A DNA stretch of 64,000 bases from positions 1,670,663 to 1,734,662 of the forward strand of contig CAWHBD010000001.1 in NCBI GenBank assembly GCA_963827505.1, in the 5' to 3' direction. Positions within the stretch are counted from its first letter, which is position 1. The number at the start of each line of letters is the position of its first letter. The position numbers and the translations under genes are program-made. The DNA comes from an uncultured Candidatus Rokubacteria bacterium. Its GTDB lineage: Bacteria > Methylomirabilota > Methylomirabilia > Rokubacteriales > CSP1-6. A model generated the notes under the pieces. That model ran no database searches and was not told the origin of the DNA. It was given only the letters and a program-made list of their open reading frames with translations. This document shows positions 55,953 to 64,000 of the stretch, in pieces.

Positions 55953-58820
55953 ATGCATCGTGTGGTCGCCCTCGCCCTGTTGCTGCTGCTCGCCGCCCCG
56001 GCGCTGGAGGCCGTCGCCCAGCCGGCGGACGGGGGCCGGCTGCCGTCCGATCCGCGCCTGGTCACCGGGCGGCTCGACAACGGGCTCAACTACGTCATCC
56101 GGCGGCACCCGACCGCCGAGCGCCGTATCGGCATCTGGCTGCACGTCGCCTCCGGCTCGCTGAACGAGACCGAGGCCACCCGCGGCCTCGCCCACTACCT
56201 GGAGCACATGGCGTTCAACGGCTCCACCAACTTCCCACCCGGTGCGCTGGTGCCCTTCTTCGAGTCGCTCGGTCTCACCTTCGGGCGGGACCAGAACGCC
56301 TTCACGAGCTTCGACCAGACGACGTACCAGATCGTGGTGCCGGCCGCCCGCCCCGACATCCTGGACAAGGCCTTGCTGTTCATGGCCGACGTGGCCGGTC
56401 GCCTCGATCTGGCGCCGGCGGAGATCGATCGCGAGCGCCGGGTCATCCTGGAGGAGAAGCGAGCGCGGGCGGGCGCGGCGCAGCGCGTGAGCGACATCGT
56501 GCTCGAGCGGCTCGCGCCGGAGTCGACGCTGGGCCGTCGCCTGCCGATCGGCACCGAGGCGGCGATCCGGGCGGTGGCGCCGGCCGACTTCCGGGAGTAC
56601 TACCGGCGCTGGTACGTTCCCTCGAACATGACGCTGATCGTCGTCGGCGACGCCGAGGCGGCCGACGTGCGCGGGCGCATCGAGCGCCAGTTCGGCGGGC
56701 TCCCGGCCGCGCCGCACCCCCAACCGCGTCCCGCCGGCGTGCAACCCACCACGGGCACGCGTGCAATCGTGGCGGTCGATCCGGAGCTGACGCGGGCCGA
56801 GGTCTCGCTCGTGCGGGTAACGCCCCCGCGCCCGCCGTCGACCACCCTGGCCGACGCCCGGCGCGATCTCGTCGAGTGGATCGGGCCGTGGGCACTCGGC
56901 CGCCGGCTCGACGCCGACGCCGCCACCGGTCGCGCACGTTTCGAGGACGGCGCGGCCGACCTCGATCAGTGGGCCGGGGCGATCCGGACGGCCACGGTCC
57001 GCGCCTCGGGGCTCCCTACCGCCTGGCGCGACATGCTGACCGACCTGGGCGACGCGCTCCAGCGCGCGCGGCTGCACGGCTTCACCGCCAGCGAGGTCGA
57101 CGCCGCGCGCCGGGCCCTCCTGGCCGAGGCGCGCGACGCCGTGGCGCGCGACGGCACCGCGCCGCTGCGCTCGGTGCTGGGAGCGATCAATCGCGCGGTG
57201 ACCGAGGACGAGCCCATCCTGGCCCCCACTCAGCGGCTGGCACTTCTCGAGCAGCTGCTGCCGGGGATCAACGCCACCGAGGTGTCGGCGGCGTTCGCGG
57301 CGGCGTTCGATCCCTCCGCCGTCGTCGCCATCGCCAAGCTGCCGGCCGGCACCGGGGTGCCGGCCGAGGCCGACCTGGCGCGTGCCGCCCGCTCGGCCGT
57401 CGATATCCGTCCGGCCACGGCGCCGGAGCGGGCGGTGCCGACCGCGCTGCTCCCCACGCTACCCGGCGCCGGCGTCGTGGCGGAAGAGACCATCGACGCG
57501 CCGACCGCGGTCACCTCGTTCTGGCTCGGCAACGGCGTCCGCGGCCACCACCGGCTCATGGAGCAGCGCAAGGGCGAGGTCATCGTCACGGTCACCCTGG
57601 CCGGTGGCACCATCGAGGAGACCGCAGCCACCCGCGGCTTCACCGAGGCCGCGCTGCAGGGGTGGGCGCAGCCGGCGACGAGCCGGCTGACGAGTACCGA
57701 CGTGCGGGACCTGCTCGTCGGCAAACGCGTCCGCGCGGAGCCGGACGCCGGCGACGACGCCGCCACCCTCACCGTGCGGACGACGCCGCAGGACCTCGAG
57801 ACGGCCCTGCAGCTCGTCCATCTCCTCCTGACCGACCCGGTCGTCGAGCCGGTGGCCCTGTCGCGCTGGCAGGAGAGTACGCGACGACGCATCGCCCGGC
57901 GCGATCTCGACCCGCAGGCCGCGCTGCAGTTCGCCGCCGCCGAGGCCCTGTCGCCGAGCACCGAGGCGCGCATGCGGCCGCTGAGCCGTGACGAAGTCTC
58001 CGCGGTCACGCGCGACGGGGCCCAGGCCTGGCTGCGCCGGCTCGTCACCACCGCCGCGGTCGAGGTGGCCATCGTCGGCGAAGTGGCCCGAGCCGATGCC
58101 GTGCGCCTGACCGCGCAGTACCTGGGCACGCTGGGCGCGCGGGCCCGCATCGGTGACGGCACCCTGACCGGGCTCCGCCGCGTGCAGCCGCCGGCGGGGC
58201 CCATTCGCGTCGCCCGCCTGCTGACGACGCGCACGCCCCAGGCGGTCGTGATGGCCGGGTTCCGAGGCGCGGACGCCAGCAATCGTCCGGACGCACGGTT
58301 GCTCGCGATGGCTGCCCGCGTGCTCAGCAGTCGGATGTACCGGACGCTGCGCGAGGAGCGCCAGCTGGTGTACAGCATCGGCGCCGCGTCCCGCCCCGGG
58401 ATCGCCTATCCGGGGTTCGGGCTATTCGCCGCCCAGGCCCCGACCGATCCCGTGCGGGCCGAGGCGCTCGCACAAAACATCGAGGCGATGTACGAGCACT
58501 TCGCCGTCGAGGGGCCGACCGAGTCGGAGGTCGCGGTGGCGCGGCGTCAGATCGTGGCCCAGGTGGACGAGCAGGTCGAGCGGCCGGAGTTCTGGGCCGA
58601 GCGGCTCGCCACCAACGACTACCGGGGCCGGACGCCGCGCGAGGCACTCGATGCGCGCGGCTACTACGAACGCGCCAGCGCGACCGACGTCCACGACGCC
58701 TTCCGCCGCTACTGGAAGCCGGAGTCGCGCTTCACCATCCGTGTTGGCCCCGAACCGCACGCTGCCCCGGCGCCCGCGGTCCCGGCCATGCCGCAGGAGG
58801 CTCCGCGACCCTCTCCCTAG
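55953..58820 (+). CDS. M16 family (pitrilysin/insulinase-like) zinc peptidase, double-length, secreted
   Basis: 955 aa with ATG after GAAGGAG. Signal peptide present. Inverted zinc motif HxxEH (HYLEHMAFNG). Confidence 0.9.
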   Translation: MHRVVALALLLLLAAPALEAVAQPADGGRLPSDPRLVTGRLDNGLNYVIRRHPTAERRIGIWLHVASGSLNETEATRGLAHYLEHMAFNGSTNFPPGALVPFFESLGLTFGRDQNAFTSFDQTTYQIVVPAARPDILDKALLFMADVAGRLDLAPAEIDRERRVILEEKRARAGAAQRVSDIVLERLAPESTLGRRLPIGTEAAIRAVAPADFREYYRRWYVPSNMTLIVVGDAEAADVRGRIERQFGGLPAAPHPQPRPAGVQPTTGTRAIVAVDPELTRAEVSLVRVTPPRPPSTTLADARRDLVEWIGPWALGRRLDADAATGRARFEDGAADLDQWAGAIRTATVRASGLPTAWRDMLTDLGDALQRARLHGFTASEVDAARRALLAEARDAVARDGTAPLRSVLGAINRAVTEDEPILAPTQRLALLEQLLPGINATEVSAAFAAAFDPSAVVAIAKLPAGTGVPAEADLARAARSAVDIRPATAPERAVPTALLPTLPGAGVVAEETIDAPTAVTSFWLGNGVRGHHRLMEQRKGEVIVTVTLAGGTIEETAATRGFTEAALQGWAQPATSRLTSTDVRDLLVGKRVRAEPDAGDDAATLTVRTTPQDLETALQLVHLLLTDPVVEPVALSRWQESTRRRIARRDLDPQAALQFAAAEALSPSTEARMRPLSRDEVSAVTRDGAQAWLRRLVTTAAVEVAIVGEVARADAVRLTAQYLGTLGARARIGDGTLTGLRRVQPPAGPIRVARLLTTRTPQAVVMAGFRGADASNRPDARLLAMAARVLSSRMYRTLREERQLVYSIGAASRPGIAYPGFGLFAAQAPTDPVRAEALAQNIEAMYEHFAVEGPTESEVAVARRQIVAQVDEQVERPEFWAERLATNDYRGRTPREALDARGYYERASATDVHDAFRRYWKPESRFTIRVGPEPHAAPAPAVPAMPQEAPRPSP

Positions 58821-59105
58821 CGCCGGCCGCCATCCCGACCACCTCACCGCTCGGGCAGCCTGTCAGGCAGTGGACCGTCGCGCTGACATCTGCCCCTACC
58901 CCCCGGAGCACTCTCCGCCTGCCTCGCTGGGACCTGATCATCGTCACGGTGAGGCTCATCTGTTCGGGACAAGACGGTCATGGGCCACAATCTGACACCT
59001 GCGTTGGACCCGCTCACTTCTCGGTCTCACGAAACTTCGGGTACTTCTCGCTGGTTGTGCGTAGTTCGTGGCCTGGCATGGAGCTCGCTTCTGCGGCGCC
59101 CGACG

Positions 59106-59354
59106 ATGTCCGCTCCCGAGTCGCCGGCACGTAGGCACGGGCCCGTCCCGCTGCACGAGGCTCTGCACCTGTTCAAGCGGCGGCTCCTCGAGACGCTCGC
59201 CAGCCACGAGGGCAATCGCAGTCGGGCCGCCGCCGCGCTGATGATCGAGCGGACGTCGTTGCTGCGGTTGATCCGTGAGCTCGGCATCACGGAGGTGCCG
59301 AACGGCCACCGCGGGCGCCCTCTGTCCTCGCCGTCCTCCCGCAAGCGATCCTGA
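59106..59354 (+). CDS. Fis-type helix-turn-helix mini-protein
   Basis: 82 aa from ATG 59106. The C-terminal part (LFKRRLLETLASHEGNRSRAAAALMIERTSLLRLIRELGI) matches the Fis/NtrC-type HTH. There is no AAA+ or receiver part, and only 285 nt are available upstream. Confidence 0.55.
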   Translation: MSAPESPARRHGPVPLHEALHLFKRRLLETLASHEGNRSRAAAALMIERTSLLRLIRELGITEVPNGHRGRPLSSPSSRKRS

Positions 59355-59473
59355 CGACGCTCGCCGGGGCCCCGGCCGGGGCTGATGTCGAAACCGTGTC
59401 CCAGATGTCACATTGCGGGGGATGTCATCAATTCTTACAGTGACCCGACGTTCAGAACTGGCCACGCTGATTC

Positions 59474-59503
59474 AGAGAAAAGAAGGAAAAGGAAAGAAGG
59501 AGG
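59474..59503 (+). promoter_or_regulatory. Purine-only leader and strong Shine-Dalgarno in front of the peroxidase gene
   Basis: AGAGAAAAGAAGGAAAAGGAAAGAAGGAGG is 30 consecutive purines, ending 5 nt before ATG 59509. This is striking in a 70% GC background. Confidence 0.5.
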
Positions 59504-59508
59504 TCGGC

Positions 59509-61470
59509 ATGCGTGTAGCCCTCGCACGCTGCAGTGCACTCATCGTCCTGGGCTGGCTGGGCGTTATTCTCGGCGCCGGCGATGCGGCAGGCCAGGTTCC
59601 AGCGCTGTCGACCGTTCCCGTCCCGCGTCCGGACCTGAGCGAGTACATCCGCGACGCCGAGGCGGCTAGGGTCCTCGGCAAAGCGCTCTTCTGGGACATG
59701 CAGGTGGGCAGCGACGGGGTACAGGCGTGCGCGACCTGCCACTTCCGCGCCGGGGCGGACCCTCGCAAGAAGAACCAGGTCAGTCCGGGCCTGCTGCGGG
59801 TCACCTTCGGGCCAGACGGGACGGTCGTCCCCGCGGCGGACCTCACCTTCGCCAAACAGGGCCCGAACGACACGCTCGACGCCTACGACTTCCCCCTCCG
59901 CAAGCTCATTGATCCAATGAATCGCGAGTCGGCCATCTACTCTGACAGCAACAACGTGGTCTCGTCGCAGGGTGTGCACTACGCGATCTTCGGCGCCGGC
60001 GGCCGCCCGGCGCCCGACCCGGACGGCTTCCGGGTCGGCCAGGGCTCCCAGGCCGCTAACGTCCGCCGCGTCGAGCCGCGCAACACGCCGACGATGATCA
60101 ACGCCGTGTTCAACCATCGCAACTTCTGGGACATGCGAGCTCAGGACGTCTTCAACGGGGTCACCCCTTTCGGCGACCGTGACCCCGACGCATTCCTCTA
60201 CGTCGTCGAGAGCATTGGGAACCTAGTACCGGTCGAGATCAGCATCCCGCTGTCCAGCCTGGCCTCGCAGGCGGTCGGTCCGCCCACGAACAAGTTTGAA
60301 ATGTCCGCTGACGGGCGGCCGTTTCCCATCGTCGGTCGGGAGCTCACCCTCGAGCTCCGGAAGCGGCATCGGTTCCTGGCCAGGCGTCTGCGGACCGCCG
60401 TACCGCTCGCCGGCCAGCTCGTGCACCCCAATGACAGCGTGCTCGGCCCCTACAGCCGCTGGCCGCAGCGCGGTCTGAAGGTCGACTACGAGACCTTGAT
60501 TCATCGGGCCTTCAAGCCCAAGTGGTGGGCCGCGGCCAAGCTGATCCGCGTCGCCGAGGACGGCAAGACCACGGTCGTGACCCGACCCGACGGCAACCCG
60601 CTCACTAACGAGTACCGGCTGATCGAGTTCAACTTCTCGCTCTTCTTCGGTCTCGCCGTGCAGGAGTACGAGTCCACGCTAGTGTCCGACGACACGCCCT
60701 TCGACCGCTTCCTGGCGAACCCGACCCGGGCGCCGCTCTCGGCCGCCGCCGAGCGGGGACGCCAGATCTTCTTCAACGTGAACGCGAATCCCAATCCGCG
60801 GGGTGCGTGTCTCTTCTGCCACTCCGGCTCGCTGCTCACCGAGGCCACGGTTGCGGCGGTTGTGAGCAACAACGGATCGGTGGTCCGGGTCTTTGGTGGA
60901 CAGGCCAGCGATCTCGGCACCCGTAACATCGGTGTCAGGGAGACGACCGACGACCTCGGCAATGGCGGTCTCGACCCGTTCGATGATTCGCTGTCCGCTG
61001 CGGTCCTCCAGCCGCCGCCGGGGACAGTCCCGGCCGCCGACGGGACGTTCAAGATCCCCGGGCTCCGCAACGTCGAGCTGACGGCGCCATACTTCCACAA
61101 CGGCGGCGAACGCACGCTCACCGACGTGGTCAACTTCTACGCACGCGGCGGCAATCGAGGCGGCGCGACGAACCCGATCCAGACCCGTAACGGCACCGTC
61201 ATCGGAGGCCTGGCGGTTCTCAATTTCAACTCGGAGAACAACCCAGGGGCAGTGGCCGATCTCGTCGCGTTCCTCAAGTCACTCACCGACGAGCGGGTGC
61301 GGCGCGCGGCGGCCCCGTTCGACCACCCGCAGCTGTTCGTGCCCAATGGCCATCCGGGTAACAGCCAGACCGTCCAGCACCGAAATGGACAGGCCCTGGA
61401 CTCCCTGCTCGAGATCCCGGCTACCGGCCGCAACGGCGGCCCCCCGCTGCCCGGCTTCCTCGAAGACTGA
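59509..61470 (+). CDS. Large di-haem cytochrome c peroxidase / MauG-family protein, exported
   Basis: Starts at ATG 59509. Signal peptide present. Two CxxCH haem sites (CATCHF, CLFCHSG) and the CCP-like block FKIPGLRNVELTAPYFHNGG. About 653 aa, roughly twice the size of canonical CCPs. Confidence 0.85.
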   Translation: MRVALARCSALIVLGWLGVILGAGDAAGQVPALSTVPVPRPDLSEYIRDAEAARVLGKALFWDMQVGSDGVQACATCHFRAGADPRKKNQVSPGLLRVTFGPDGTVVPAADLTFAKQGPNDTLDAYDFPLRKLIDPMNRESAIYSDSNNVVSSQGVHYAIFGAGGRPAPDPDGFRVGQGSQAANVRRVEPRNTPTMINAVFNHRNFWDMRAQDVFNGVTPFGDRDPDAFLYVVESIGNLVPVEISIPLSSLASQAVGPPTNKFEMSADGRPFPIVGRELTLELRKRHRFLARRLRTAVPLAGQLVHPNDSVLGPYSRWPQRGLKVDYETLIHRAFKPKWWAAAKLIRVAEDGKTTVVTRPDGNPLTNEYRLIEFNFSLFFGLAVQEYESTLVSDDTPFDRFLANPTRAPLSAAAERGRQIFFNVNANPNPRGACLFCHSGSLLTEATVAAVVSNNGSVVRVFGGQASDLGTRNIGVRETTDDLGNGGLDPFDDSLSAAVLQPPPGTVPAADGTFKIPGLRNVELTAPYFHNGGERTLTDVVNFYARGGNRGGATNPIQTRNGTVIGGLAVLNFNSENNPGAVADLVAFLKSLTDERVRRAAAPFDHPQLFVPNGHPGNSQTVQHRNGQALDSLLEIPATGRNGGPPLPGFLED

Positions 61471-61478
61471 CCTCTTTC

Positions 61479-61517
61479 CGGCGCGGCGGCTGGCCTCGAT
61501 GGCCGATCGCCGCGCCG
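61479..61517 (+). terminator. Hairpin after the peroxidase gene
   Basis: Perfect 10-bp GC stem CGGCGCGGCG / CGCCGCGCCG with a 19-nt loop, starting 9 nt after TGA 61470. It is followed by CGTTCTCT, so the U-tract is weak. Confidence 0.35.
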
Positions 61518-61697
61518 CGTTCTCTGGTCCATCCCTGCCGGCAATCTTGGGCCGCTCGGCCCGCCCTAAGCTCCTGGAAATGCGGCTCCTCGTCTCCGGT
61601 TCGTCTCTCCAGCGGTTCCCCCCCCGGGTCGGTGGTGACGTCCTTGCACCACCTGCTTGGCGGCACCGAACACAGTCCTGGATAGGGGCCCGACGAC

Positions 61698-62138
61698 ATG
61701 ACGACACTGGACCGCCGAATGACCGAGGAAGAGCAGGTCCGCGCGGTGATGGACGACCGGGCCGAGGGGCTTCGCACCAAGAACGCCGGCGGCGTGATCC
61801 GACACCACGCTGGAGACTTTGTTCTGTTCTCGCTGGCCCCGCCACTGGTCTCGCGGACCGATCCTAGAGACCTGGAGGCATGGTTTGCGACGTGGCGAGG
61901 CCCGATCGGCTACGAGATCCGCGCCCGGACCATCGCCGTGGGCGGTGACGTCGCCTTCTGCCACAGCCTCAACAAGATGGCCGGAACGAAGCGCGATGGC
62001 GAGGCGGTCGAGCTCTGGTTCCGCCAGACCCTCGGCCTTCGCAAGACGGCGGCCGGATGGAAGATCACGCACGCCCACGAGTCGGTCCCCTTCCACATGG
62101 ACGGGAGCTTCAAGGCGGCGACCGATCTCGAGCCGTAA
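61698..62138 (+). CDS. SnoaL-like / DUF4440-like NTF2 fold protein
   Basis: 146 aa (...AGWKITHAHESVPF, a typical C-terminus for the fold). Confidence 0.7.
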   Translation: MTTLDRRMTEEEQVRAVMDDRAEGLRTKNAGGVIRHHAGDFVLFSLAPPLVSRTDPRDLEAWFATWRGPIGYEIRARTIAVGGDVAFCHSLNKMAGTKRDGEAVELWFRQTLGLRKTAAGWKITHAHESVPFHMDGSFKAATDLEP

Positions 62139-62168
62139 CGCAGGGCGCAGCTCCCAGTTGGTGCATCC

Positions 62169-62465
62169 ATGCCCTTGATCGATGTGAGCGTCGCCCACGG
62201 TCAGACGCTGGACGAGGCGCAGCGCCGCCTGGAGAGGGTGGCGCAGGAAGCCTCCAGTCGCCTCGGGCTCCGACAAGTCGAGTGGTCGGCCGACCGTCGC
62301 CGCGTCCAGCTCCAGGGCCTGGGTGCTCGAGTGGACATGTGGGTCGACGCCCAGGTGATCCATGTGACGGGCGACCTGCCCGGCCTGGGCGGGCTGCTTG
62401 GCGGGCCGCTGGCCTCCGGTCTGAGGCAGCTCGTCGAGCGGACGTTCCGGAAGCAGCTACCCTGA
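62169..62465 (+). CDS. Polyhydroxyalkanoic acid system family protein-like small protein
   Basis: 98 aa. The pattern MPLIDVSVAHGQTLDEAQRRLERVAQEASSRLGL...WSADRRRVQLQG...V resembles that small family. The assignment was made by eye only. Confidence 0.5.
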   Translation: MPLIDVSVAHGQTLDEAQRRLERVAQEASSRLGLRQVEWSADRRRVQLQGLGARVDMWVDAQVIHVTGDLPGLGGLLGGPLASGLRQLVERTFRKQLP

Positions 62466-62477
62466 CGGCGCCCTGCC

Positions 62478-63146
62478 GTGGAGCTGATTCAGCCGCACCT
62501 CGAGTTTCTGCTTCGCCACGTGCTGACCGTCGTCTTTGCCGCCTTCATCATCGAGGCGGCCGGCGTGCCGTTTCCAAGTCGCATCGTCCTCCTGATCGCC
62601 GCGGCCGTGGCCCCCGACCTCCGCCACGTCGGGACACTCGTCCTGGTCAGCACGGCCGGCTCGCTGATCGGCGATCACGTGCCGTACCTCGCCGGCGCCC
62701 TGACCGGCCCGCGCATCCTGGCATTCTATTGCTGGATCACGCTCGGCTCGGCGGCGTGCGTTGAAAAGACGGTCGGCTACTTCCAGCGCTTCGGGGCGGC
62801 GGCGGTGCTCTTCAGTCGCTTCTCGGCCAGCGTTCGGCTCTTCGCCTCCGCCCTGTCGGGCTGCGGCCACATCCGCTACGAGCGGTTCATCGTCCTGGAT
62901 GCTCTCGGCACGGTGCTCTACACCTCGATCTGGACCACAGTGGGATACCTCGTTGGGGAGCGAGCGATCGAGATCCTCGGTCGCCACCGCAGCCTCCGGC
63001 TGCTCGCGCTGGTGGGCCCGGTAGCGCTGGCGACAGTGGTTGGCTATCGCCTGTGGCGCCGCCTCCGCTACGGCTCGGCGCAGGCCGACCTCGTCATCGC
63101 CGAGTCGTCCTGTGTGGAGGGCCCGGTACGGCGGCGGATCCCTTGA
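62478..63146 (+). CDS. DedA family membrane protein
   Basis: Starts at GTG 62478. Contains FIIEAAGVPFPS and SRFSASVRLFASALSG. Confidence 0.85.
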   Translation: MELIQPHLEFLLRHVLTVVFAAFIIEAAGVPFPSRIVLLIAAAVAPDLRHVGTLVLVSTAGSLIGDHVPYLAGALTGPRILAFYCWITLGSAACVEKTVGYFQRFGAAAVLFSRFSASVRLFASALSGCGHIRYERFIVLDALGTVLYTSIWTTVGYLVGERAIEILGRHRSLRLLALVGPVALATVVGYRLWRRLRYGSAQADLVIAESSCVEGPVRRRIP

Positions 63147-63230
63147 CTCTCACCATGGGAAGGGCCATCCTCCCACCCCAGACACAAGTAGGCGTCACCT
63201 GCTCAACGGAGAACAAGGAGAGCCGCTGCC

Positions 63231-64000
63231 ATGAAGCCGGGAAAAAAAGGGACCAGTGGAGTAGCTCACGTGTCGCGACGCAGCTTTCTCCAGGCTGGGG
63301 CCCTGGGGGTGACGGGACTGGCGGCGATAGGGCCCCGGGCGGCGTGGGCCCAGGACCGGAGCGAGGCCAAGCGAGGCGGCACCCTGGTCGTGCGGAGCGG
63401 GCCCGTCCGCGGCATCGACCCGCACCTGGAGACCTGGGGGGCCGCCCTTCAGGTGATCCACCAGACCTACAACGCCCTCCTGAAGTTCAATCACGACGGC
63501 ACGAAGATTCTGCCGGACCTGGCCGAGAGCTGGGAACAGAAGGACGACCTCACGTACTCGTTCCGCCTGCGGCAGGGGGTCAAGTTCCACAACGTGCCGC
63601 CGGTGAACGGACGGGAGCTCACGTCGGAAGACGTCAAGTACAGCATCGAGCGCCAGATGACCGACCAGCCGGGCAAGTTCCAGCACGCCTACTTCTTCCT
63701 CGGGAAGCTGGCCAGCATCCAGACCCCGGACAAGTACACGGTGGTCTTCAAGACCAAGGAGCCGTACGCGCCGTTCCTGAACTACATCGCGAACCCATGG
63801 ACGGTGATCGTGGCGCGGGAGGTCGTGGAGAAGCACGGCGACCTGCAGCGCCACGCCATCGGCACCGGCCCCTTCATCATGCAGGAGTACCGGCGCGAGC
63901 AGGAGGCGGTGTTCGTCAAGAACCCCAACTACTTCAAGAAGGGGTTGCCGTACGTGGACGAGGTCCAGCTGCAGTACGTCATCGATCCCACCGCGGCCAC
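63231..64000 (+). CDS. ABC transporter substrate-binding protein, family 5, Tat-exported (3' end beyond the window)
   Basis: ATG 63231 follows AAGGAG. Has a twin-arginine signal (SRRSFLQAGALG) and GTGPFIMQEY. The frame stays open to the window end. It is not in the supplied ORF track because it has no stop. Confidence 0.88.
   Translation, partial: MKPGKKGTSGVAHVSRRSFLQAGALGVTGLAAIGPRAAWAQDRSEAKRGGTLVVRSGPVRGIDPHLETWGAALQVIHQTYNALLKFNHDGTKILPDLAESWEQKDDLTYSFRLRQGVKFHNVPPVNGRELTSEDVKYSIERQMTDQPGKFQHAYFFLGKLASIQTPDKYTVVFKTKEPYAPFLNYIANPWTVIVAREVVEKHGDLQRHAIGTGPFIMQEYRREQEAVFVKNPNYFKKGLPYVDEVQLQYVIDPTAA

Noticed and set aside
58956-59465. 169-aa minus-strand ORF between the M16 peptidase and the peroxidase
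   Set aside because: It is Arg/Pro/Gln-rich with no motifs. It overlaps the plus-strand Fis-type HTH ORF, which has a recognisable domain.
1-64000. Search for mobile elements, prophage, defence systems, CRISPR, tRNA or rRNA
   Set aside because: I recognised no transposase or integrase motifs, no terminal inverted repeats flanking a GC-deviant block, no direct-repeat arrays and no cloverleaf-like tRNA candidates in the short intergenic regions. Absence is based on reading by eye only, so tRNAscan, Infernal or ISfinder could still find something.

Overview
This is a 64-kb bacterial chromosomal fragment of roughly 70% G+C, read by eye only. I recognised no rRNA, tRNA, CRISPR array, transposase, integrase or phage gene. 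It is densely packed with about 65 genes, many translationally coupled through ATGA, GTGA or TTGA overlaps, and mostly encoding soil-type accessory metabolism.

Gene content, left to right:
- 4-3686 (-): a coxMSL-like molybdenum hydroxylase operon.
- 3936-6546 (+): a VOC, SDR, nitroreductase and CMD operon.
- 6550-9256 (-): a FecR/DUF6600-like exported protein with a long Pro-Arg-Val-Glu repeat tail, next to an orphan receiver protein.
- 9597-24521 (+): an IclR-associated catabolic island. It holds a thiolase-like gene with a DUF35 partner, an amidohydrolase, two LLM monooxygenases, a GNAT, hyuA/hyuB, a second amidohydrolase, and a peptide-type ABC binding protein with two permeases but no ATPase.
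- 24640-26289 (+): a secreted beta-helix/CARDB protein.
- 26290-34534 (-): a long gene string of PNPOx, a Pro-rich exported protein, acyl-CoA ligase, DUF1326, DUF2182, EamA, SDR, esterase, MBL hydrolase and SDR.
- 35335-41707: envelope and housekeeping-type genes, including an OmpA-like lipoprotein, a glycine-zipper lipoprotein, an orphan mreB, an NPP phosphodiesterase and a histidine phosphatase.
- 41727-47287 (-): an arsenic island of arsR, a flavoprotein::ArsM fusion, arsC, an aquaglyceroporin, a PAT/ArsN1-like acetyltransferase and an MFS transporter.
- 47968-54342: a hypothetical protein, amidohydrolase, LLM, a lone pilin-like gene and a dimethylformamidase-like two-gene locus.
- 54359-64000: HtrA, an M16 peptidase, a Fis-type mini-HTH, a large di-haem cytochrome c peroxidase, SnoaL-like, PHA-system-like and DedA genes, and a second partial ABC binding protein.

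Most notable observations:
1. The 763-aa flavoprotein::ArsM fusion has a linker carrying four vicinal Cys-Cys pairs.
2. At least 18 single-nucleotide frameshifts are concentrated in three loci: one in the coxM-like gene, seven in the 9.6-20.2 kb island and ten in the DMFase-like locus. The 31 kb in between looks intact.
3. A roughly 187-aa tandem repeat sits in an exported FecR/DUF6600-like protein.

All domain calls come from motif recognition by eye. Frameshift positions are accurate to a few nucleotides.
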